The translations under genes and the position numbers were made by a program. From NCBI GenBank assembly GCA_964035575.1, contig OZ037835.1, positions 1,798,001-1,862,000 of the forward strand: a stretch of 64,000 nucleotides of DNA. The letters are read 5' to 3'. Positions 57,072 to 64,000 of this stretch are shown here, one piece after another. The notes below the pieces were generated by a model. That model did no database searches, was not told the origin of the DNA, and saw only the letters and a list, made by a program, of their open reading frames with translations. Source of the DNA: Rhynchopus sp. YZ270_cl-10 (taxonomy: Eukaryota). Position 1 is the first letter of the stretch; the number at the start of each line of letters is the position of its first letter.

Positions 57072-58412
57072 ATGCCGAAGCGACACGCAGATAACACGCA
57101 GGACGAGAACTCACGAAAGAGAAGACAGCTTTCTGCAGACGAGGCCTTCGTGGAGTCTGCCAGGAACGGCGACACGGCTGCCGTGCGGGCGGTCCTTGAT
57201 GAGTTAGAGGAGTTAAACCCAATCAGCGAAATAGTGCCCTTCGATGCTGCACACGAGGCATGCAGAGGGAACCACAATGAATGCCTCACACTGCTTCTTC
57301 CGTATGTTGAGACAACGCAGATGGGCTTTGGGATCCTGCTGAGTGAGTGTGTCCACGCAGACCACGTTGCGTGCACGGAGGTCCTCTTGCAGCATTGGAA
57401 GTCTGTCTGCAACAAAGTGTCGTTTGTCAGGCACGAGTCCAAACACAGTGCAGGTCAGTCAGCGAGTCTCTGTCCGGCCATGTGGTCAGACCCTGCAGTG
57501 TGTCGCGTCTTGATTGATGCAGGGGCAGACTTACATACAAAAAACGAGAAGCAAGAGTCGCCTCTGCACTATGCTTGCGCTTCAGGAGCACTTGACGTTG
57601 TGAAGATGTTGGTTGAAGCAGGTGTGGGAGTGCGTGCCACAGACCTCAAAGGGGCCACGTGTCTTATCCTTGCGGCATATTCAGTACACACCGAGACTGT
57701 GCGCTATCTTGTGGGCTTGCCACATGTCGATGTGAATCACCGAAGCAGTGAGAACAGCACTGCGTTGCACTCAGCGGCGGCGAACGAGGCAACAGACGTG
57801 GCACAGGTGCTGATTGATGCAGGTGCAGACATCGACGCAGTGGATGGGACGGGATGTTCCCCTCTGTCCCGTGCTTGCGCTTCAGGAGCACTTGGCAATG
57901 TGAAGATGTTGGTCAGAGCAGGTGCGGACGACGGGGGAGGGACGTGTCTCCACCTTGCGGCGCGTTATGGACGCACCGAGACTGTGCGCTATCTTGTGGG
58001 CCTGCCAGAGGTTGATGTGAATTGCCAAGGTGAGACTGCGTTGCACTCAGCGGTGGAAAATGCACGCACAGACGTGGTGCAGGTGCTGATTGATGCAGGT
58101 GCAGACACTAACATACAGACCAACTATGGTTTGTATTATTCACCTCTGCACACTGCTTGCATTCGAAAAACACTTGACATTGTGAAGATGTTGGTCAGAG
58201 CAGGTGCGGGAGTACATGCCACCGACACCAACGGACGCACATGTCTTCACGTTGCGGCACGTCGTGGACACACCGACATTGTGCGCTATCTTGCGGGCTT
58301 GCCAGAGGTTGATGTGAATCACCGAGACACTAAAAAGAACTACACTGCGTTGCAGTATGCGGTGGAGTACAACCACACAGACGCTGCACAGGTGCTGCTT
58401 GATGCATTGTGA
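57072..58412 (+). CDS. NLS-ankyrin repeat protein, copy 11 (446 aa, 9 repeats)
   Basis: Intact ORF starting MPKRHADNTQ. Confidence 0.95.
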   Translation: MPKRHADNTQDENSRKRRQLSADEAFVESARNGDTAAVRAVLDELEELNPISEIVPFDAAHEACRGNHNECLTLLLPYVETTQMGFGILLSECVHADHVACTEVLLQHWKSVCNKVSFVRHESKHSAGQSASLCPAMWSDPAVCRVLIDAGADLHTKNEKQESPLHYACASGALDVVKMLVEAGVGVRATDLKGATCLILAAYSVHTETVRYLVGLPHVDVNHRSSENSTALHSAAANEATDVAQVLIDAGADIDAVDGTGCSPLSRACASGALGNVKMLVRAGADDGGGTCLHLAARYGRTETVRYLVGLPEVDVNCQGETALHSAVENARTDVVQVLIDAGADTNIQTNYGLYYSPLHTACIRKTLDIVKMLVRAGAGVHATDTNGRTCLHVAARRGHTDIVRYLAGLPEVDVNHRDTKKNYTALQYAVEYNHTDAAQVLLDAL

Positions 58413-60107
58413 GGCAGGTTGCTCTTGTACCTCATGACTTCTACCACCCCCACCTGCGTGTGTTGGCTGCACTGAAATGGTGGTGGCGTTTCAGTTGAAC
58501 TGGGAAGCCCTGCGGCGATTTCATAAACCCAAACTTCGACTGTTTGTTTCTTTTCACCAAGTCATGAGAACACGTCGGTAGAAGTTCCTCCGCGACGTCC
58601 ACGATGACCACCTTGCAGTGTTCTGTGGGGCAGTGGTGTGGAGGTGGCGGTGCGCATGCTCGCCTGTCTGCCAAGCCAGAGGTGAGTTGCAACATTGTGG
58701 TCAACGTTTTTTATAAACTGGTTCAAGACCCCAAGAGGGGCTCAAAAGTGGGATGGGATCAACAAACAAGAAAAGAAGAACAAAGAAGGTGGTATTTCAT
58801 TTACACTCTGCGTGTGTAAATCCAACAAAACTCAGAGCATCGAACAAGATGGAGCGTGTGATCCTGTCCCTCAAGTCCTAAGACAGTGACAAGATGGGTG
58901 CTGGAGGATGCCCACTATGTGTCATGCAATTATGACACAACTGCTCTAAGTTAACTTAAGGTGTGTATCATCTGTACAGAGTCTTTAGATAAAGGCTAAA
59001 AGTTAAATATAAGATACCCTTTCTTATATTCAAGGGAGAAATGAAATACCCCCCCTTCTTTGTTTATTCGTTGTTTGTTATTTGTTGGTCGCATCCATCC
59101 ATTTTTTTTTTCAAACCCCAAAAGTCCCGAAAACCCCGAAAAACCCGCGTCCTGAAGTACGGTGGAGAGGTGGAGCACAAGGGGGGAAGGGGAAAACGGT
59201 AAAACTCATGACCACCGACGAGCGCGTCTTTCATTTCCAGACGTATTGCATACTCGTACAAAAGAAATGAAAATCCCCATTTCTCAACCCTTTCTTTGTA
59301 TTCGGCCCCCACCCAGGATTAACTTTTCTTTTTTTGCTATTTTATTAGTTGCCACCACAGATTTCCCCCTTTTTGGAGATTATTGTAACATAAGAATGCG
59401 TGGCTTCTTTGTGTTACCCATTCTTTTTAAGCCTGTGTACCAAACGCACATCACAGCAGCGATAGCTGTTACGGCACGCTAGCCTTATGTACGGAACATT
59501 TGATCTTCGGGGGTGAGGGAACATGACGTGCCACTTTTTTTTTGTGTCACCTCATGAAATGAAGGAGGAAATAGAAACAACACACTTTTGCGGTTCTAGG
59601 GACGAACCGCGCTGCAGAGCCACTCCTCACCAAACAGGTCGAGGTGTGTGCGTTTCACCACAACCTCTCCCATGGGTTTTATCGTGTGATGAGTGTTAAG
59701 TTTCTATTGTTTTTGAGTTGTGGTGCACTGTTACGAGAGGGATTTTGTATTGCAAGTCAGCTTTGATTTTTAGTTTAGCAAAAGATTCCTTGCTGGGTGC
59801 CTAATTAGTGATACGTGGCCGTCAGCATGACTCCAGCTACGACACAGGGAGTCATTCAGTACTGAAGGTTTTGCTTTTGCCTGCATTTCAACCAAGAAAA
59901 AGAAAGCCCACTTGTCGTCGTACCTCTCAAAGACTTTCTCATATGATGAATGACGTGACGTGCATTGTGTGCTGTGCCCACATGGACACATCTGCATTGT
60001 GTATTCGTGTGGGTTGCATGTGTGTTCTTCGTCCTCTCTCCTCACCCACAACCTCTGCACAAAAAGAAACCAACACAAAAGACACAGCAACAACACACAA
60101 ACACACA

Positions 60108-61469
60108 ATGCCGAAGCGACACGCAGACAGCACGCAGGACGAGAACCCACGAAAGAGAAGACAGCTTTCTGCAGACGAGGCCTTCGTGGAGGCTGCCAGG
60201 AACGGCGACACGGCTGCCTTGTGGGCGGTACTTGAGGAGTTCAATCCATACAGAAAAGCAGTGGCCTTCGATGCTGCACACGAGGCATGCAGAGGGAACC
60301 ACGATGAATGCCTCGCACTGCTTCTTCCGTATGTTGAGACAACGCAGATGGGCTTTGGGATCCTGCTGAGTGAGTGTGTCCACGCAGACCACGTTGCGTG
60401 CACGGAGGTCCTCTTGCAGCATTGGAAGTCCGTCTGCAACAAAGTGTCGTTTGTCAGGAACGAGTCCAAACACAGTGCAGGTCAGTCAGCGAGTCTCTGT
60501 CCTGCCATGTGGTCAGACCCTGCAGTGTGTCGCGTCTTGATTGATGCAGGTGCAGACTTACATACAAAAAATGAGATCGAACAGTCGCCTCTGCACTATG
60601 CTTGTGAATCAGGAGCACTTGACGTTGTGAAGATGTTGGTTGAAGCAGGTGTGGGAGTGCGTGACACAAATGACAATGGACGCACATGTCTTCACGTTGC
60701 GGCATGTAATGGACGCACCGAGATTGTGCACTATCTTGTGGGCTTGCCAGAGGTGGAACTGGATCAGGGAGATGCTGACAGCGACACTGCGTTGCACTTA
60801 GCCGCGGTTGAAGAACGCACAGACGTGGTGCAGGTGCTGATTGATGCAGGTGCAGACATCGACACACAGAACAACGAGGGACGTTCGCCTTTGCACACTG
60901 CTTGCGAATATGGAGGACTTGACGTTGTGAAGATGTTGGTCAGAGCAGGTGCGGGAGTGCGTGACACAAATGACATAGGATGCACATGTCTTCACGTTGC
61001 GGCAGATTTTGGACACACCGAGACTGTGCACTATCTTTTGTGCTTGCCACAGGTGGAACTGGATCAGGGAGATGATGACAACGACACTGCGTTGCACTTA
61101 GCCGCGGTTGAAGCGTGCACAGTGCAAGTTCTGATTGATGCAGGTGCAGACATCGACACACAGAACAACGAGGGATGGTCGCCTCTGCATGCTGCTTGCG
61201 CTAGAGGAGCACTTAACATTGTGAAGACGTTGGTCAGAGCAGGTGCAGGAGTGCGTGCCACAGACAATGATGGGTGCACGTGTCTTATCCTTGCGGCACG
61301 TTGTGGACACACCGAGACTGTGCGCTATTTTGTGGGCTTGCCAGAGGTGGAACTGAATCACCGAGACACTGAAAAGAACTACACTGCGTTGCAGTATGCG
61401 GTGGAGGAAAATCACAAAGACGTTGCACAGGTGTTGATTGATGCACTGTATGTTGTGTTTGGAGTTTGA
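60108..61469 (+). CDS. NLS-ankyrin repeat protein, copy 12 (453 aa, 9 repeats, DALYVVFGV tail)
   Basis: Intact ORF. Confidence 0.95.
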   Translation: MPKRHADSTQDENPRKRRQLSADEAFVEAARNGDTAALWAVLEEFNPYRKAVAFDAAHEACRGNHDECLALLLPYVETTQMGFGILLSECVHADHVACTEVLLQHWKSVCNKVSFVRNESKHSAGQSASLCPAMWSDPAVCRVLIDAGADLHTKNEIEQSPLHYACESGALDVVKMLVEAGVGVRDTNDNGRTCLHVAACNGRTEIVHYLVGLPEVELDQGDADSDTALHLAAVEERTDVVQVLIDAGADIDTQNNEGRSPLHTACEYGGLDVVKMLVRAGAGVRDTNDIGCTCLHVAADFGHTETVHYLLCLPQVELDQGDDDNDTALHLAAVEACTVQVLIDAGADIDTQNNEGWSPLHAACARGALNIVKTLVRAGAGVRATDNDGCTCLILAARCGHTETVRYFVGLPEVELNHRDTEKNYTALQYAVEENHKDVAQVLIDALYVVFGV

Positions 61470-62988
61470 GACATGCTCACGTACCTACTTCGACTCAGCT
61501 GCGTGTGGAACTGGTGGTGCTTCAGTTGAACTGGCTATTGAACAAGATTAAACAATAAGCTTGCGTTTCTTTTATCGAACAGATTTTATTCTCTGCCCCC
61601 GTACCCAAAACGTAAAGGGGGGGAGGGATAATTGTAGTGGGGGATAACTGTAGAATGGCGGATAAAATAAAAAATATCGCCAGTTTTTTCTTCTCAAAAA
61701 ATGGGGGATAGTTGTAGTGGAGGATAAAAAAAATATCTCTCTTTTTTCCCACCTGAATATCCCCATCCCCAAGGAAAATACACACCAAAAACGCGGTGTG
61801 GGAAGTGGGGGATAACTGTAGTGGGGGATAAAATAAAATAAAATGAGGAAGAAAAAACGGGGGATAATTGTTTTATCCCCCACCCCCCTTTAAACACCGC
61901 TTTCAATCAGAAAAAGTATTTTTCCTCTCCTTTTTTCTTCCACGCTAGTTTTTTGTATTTTTCTATTTTCTAGAGGAGAAGTTCCCTTGTTTCGACAGCG
62001 AAACGTTTCACATGTATTGCACGGGATTGAGTTGGGGACTGTTTTCCGACAATAAATGTGTTTGTCGGATAGTACCTGTGTGAACGAAGTCTGCAGTGTT
62101 GTGCTTCCTACGCTTCAGCCTAACATGTTTAGGTGGTCTTCTGCGGTACGAACGGCAGCGCACGACCGAGGCGAACCATCAGACACATGCCTTTGTGGTG
62201 GCCCATCCGGGATGGTCACATCCTCTGCTACAAAGGAGAATGCAGGCAATGCAGACATCACCCTCACCTACACGACGGACTAGTTATGGCCATGACAGGT
62301 GATATGACAGGTGGTGTTCCTAGTTATAAATATGACAGGTGATAATCTAATGTTACTAGTGATGTGACAGGTAGTACCTGTCATCTTACACTATGGACTC
62401 GTAATGACATTACGCGCATCATGACGAGGTAATTACGAGTGCCTTGACGTGGGCACCCCTCGTAATTAAAGGATAATGCAGGCATCACCTTTACCAATGG
62501 CACGATGCGACCTACTCTAACGAAGAGGGGAGCAGTGCTAGGTGCTGCAGTTCCGTGGTGCAGCTGTCGCGACGGTTTGCGTTTCCCTTTGCTGGTCGGG
62601 CGGTATAGTGTGTTGTGTAAGGAGGCCCTGCGATGAACGTCCTGAGCTCGCTTGATACAAACGGAGACTGCTACAGCGAAGCGATCGCATGTCCACGCTG
62701 CGGGGTATTTACTTAACGTTCTACGCCACCTTGTCCTCCAGGGACCTAGTGGCCACGTGCCCATCCGCATGACGCTTGTCTACTGTGTACAGGAAACAGC
62801 GTTGCGGTGCACTACCTTCCGTGGAATGTCGGTTATGTGGGAACAGCTTTGTGCTAAACGCGGAGAGGAGTTCGTGTGTAACACAAACAGTGAGGGATGT
62901 GGGGGTGAAGGAGGCGTGCATGGTGCACCTTGCACCGTCTGGGGTACAAACCAACACAAAAGACACAGCAACAATACACAAACACACA

Positions 62989-64000
62989 ATGCCGAAGCGA
63001 CACGCAGACAGCACGCAGGACGAGAACCCACGAAAGAGAAGACAGCTTTCTGCAGACGAGGTCTTCGTGGAGGCTGCCAGGAACGGCGACACGGCTGCCG
63101 TGCGGGCGTTCCTTGAAGAGGAGTTCAACCCTTACAGAAAAGCAGTGGCCTTCGATGCTGCACACGAGGCATGCAGAGGGAACCACGATGAATGCCTCAC
63201 ACTGCTTCTTCCGTATGTTGAGACAACGCAGATGGGCTTTGGGATCCTGCTGAGTGAGTGTGTCCACGCAGACCACGTTGCGTGCACGGAGGTCCTCTTG
63301 CAGCATTGGAAGTCTGTCTGCAACAAAGTGTCGTTTGTCAGGCACGATGCCAGACACAGCACAGGTCAGTCAGCGAGTCTCTGTCCGGCCATGTGGTCAG
63401 ACCCTGCAGTGTGTCGCGTCTTGATTGATGCAGGTGCAGACTTACATACAAAAAATGAGATGGAACAGTCGCCTCTGCACTATGCTTGCGCTTCAGGAGC
63501 ACTTGACGTTGTGAAGATGTTGGTTGAAGCAGGTGCGGGAGTGCGTGACACAAATGACAAAGGATGGACGTGTCTCCACGTTGCGGCACGTTTTGGACGC
63601 ATCGAGACTGTTCGTTATCTTGCGGGCTTGCCAGAGGACGATTTGAATTTCGAAGACAGTGACAACCACACTGCGTTGCACTTAGCCGTGTGTGAGAAGC
63701 TCACAGACGTGGTGCAGGTGCTGATTGATGCAGGTGCAGACATCGATACGGTGAACAAAGACGGATGGGCGCCCCTGGAATCTGCTTGCGAATATGGACC
63801 ACTTGACGTTGTGAAGATGTTGGTCGAAGCAGGTACAGGACTACGAGACACAAGTGACGGAAGATGGACGTGTCTCCAGATTGCGGCGTGGTTTGGACAA
63901 ACCGAGACTGTTCGCTATCTTATGGGCTTGCCATTTGTTGATATGAATCACCGAGACGGGAACAACCGCACTGCGTTGTGTGTTGCCGTGTGTGAAGAAC
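62989..64000 (+). CDS. NLS-ankyrin repeat protein, copy 13 (partial, runs off the window)
   Basis: ATGCCGAAGCGA at 62989, colinear with copies 5 and 8 to the window end. Absent from the ORF track, consistent with no stop codon inside the window. Confidence 0.92.
   Translation, partial: MPKRHADSTQDENPRKRRQLSADEVFVEAARNGDTAAVRAFLEEEFNPYRKAVAFDAAHEACRGNHDECLTLLLPYVETTQMGFGILLSECVHADHVACTEVLLQHWKSVCNKVSFVRHDARHSTGQSASLCPAMWSDPAVCRVLIDAGADLHTKNEMEQSPLHYACASGALDVVKMLVEAGAGVRDTNDKGWTCLHVAARFGRIETVRYLAGLPEDDLNFEDSDNHTALHLAVCEKLTDVVQVLIDAGADIDTVNKDGWAPLESACEYGPLDVVKMLVEAGTGLRDTSDGRWTCLQIAAWFGQTETVRYLMGLPFVDMNHRDGNNRTALCVAVCEE

Noticed and set aside
18756..61469. Long N-terminal extensions of ankyrin ORFs in the ORF track
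   Set aside because: They differ in frame and length between copies and often start at non-ATG codons. Conservation begins at MPKRHAD.
18727..63851. Recurrent antisense and alternate-frame ORFs over the ankyrin genes
   Set aside because: They are shadows of the duplicated sense genes with no independent domain signal.
18849..64000. Diversity-generating retroelement as the source of ankyrin variation
   Set aside because: No reverse transcriptase and no template/variable repeat pair, and the differences are not adenine-specific by inspection.
1..64000. rRNA, tRNA or spliced-leader RNA genes
   Set aside because: No recognisable conserved sequence or cloverleaf was seen by eye. A covariance-model search would be needed.

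Overview
This is eukaryotic DNA with no prokaryotic operons, rRNA, tRNA or CRISPR that I can support. All 16 host protein genes I can call are single-ORF, apparently intronless and on the + strand. That layout suggests a euglenozoan-like protist, but this is inference. The dominant feature is a tandem family of 13 ankyrin-repeat genes between 18.8 kb and the window end: 10 intact, 1 pseudogene, 1 with a homopolymer frameshift and 1 running off the window. They share a near-invariant N-terminal bipartite NLS (MPKRHADSTQDENPRKRRQL) and a conserved Cys/His-rich N-domain. The intact copies carry 9 or 12 ankyrin repeats built from a ~100-aa three-repeat module. Copies are visibly mosaic, and the variation appears concentrated at the ankyrin binding face. 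This is the best candidate for an undescribed system: a recombinationally diversified repertoire of nuclear binding proteins. Other genes are a secreted GH65 PGGHG-like glycoside hydrolase, a ubiquitin-like/cytochrome b5 fusion, and a ubiquitin-like/BspA-type LRR gene inserted into an ankyrin spacer. The intergenic DNA is dense with nested non-autonomous DNA transposons defined by TIRs and TSDs (Tc1/mariner-like TA, Harbinger-like TWA, hAT-like 8 bp, P-like 7 bp, and one 6 bp). It also holds hAT and probable piggyBac transposase relics, a 262-bp satellite, a ~390-bp palindrome and a family of TA-ending microsatellites. All calls come from reading the sequence by eye; no database searches were run.
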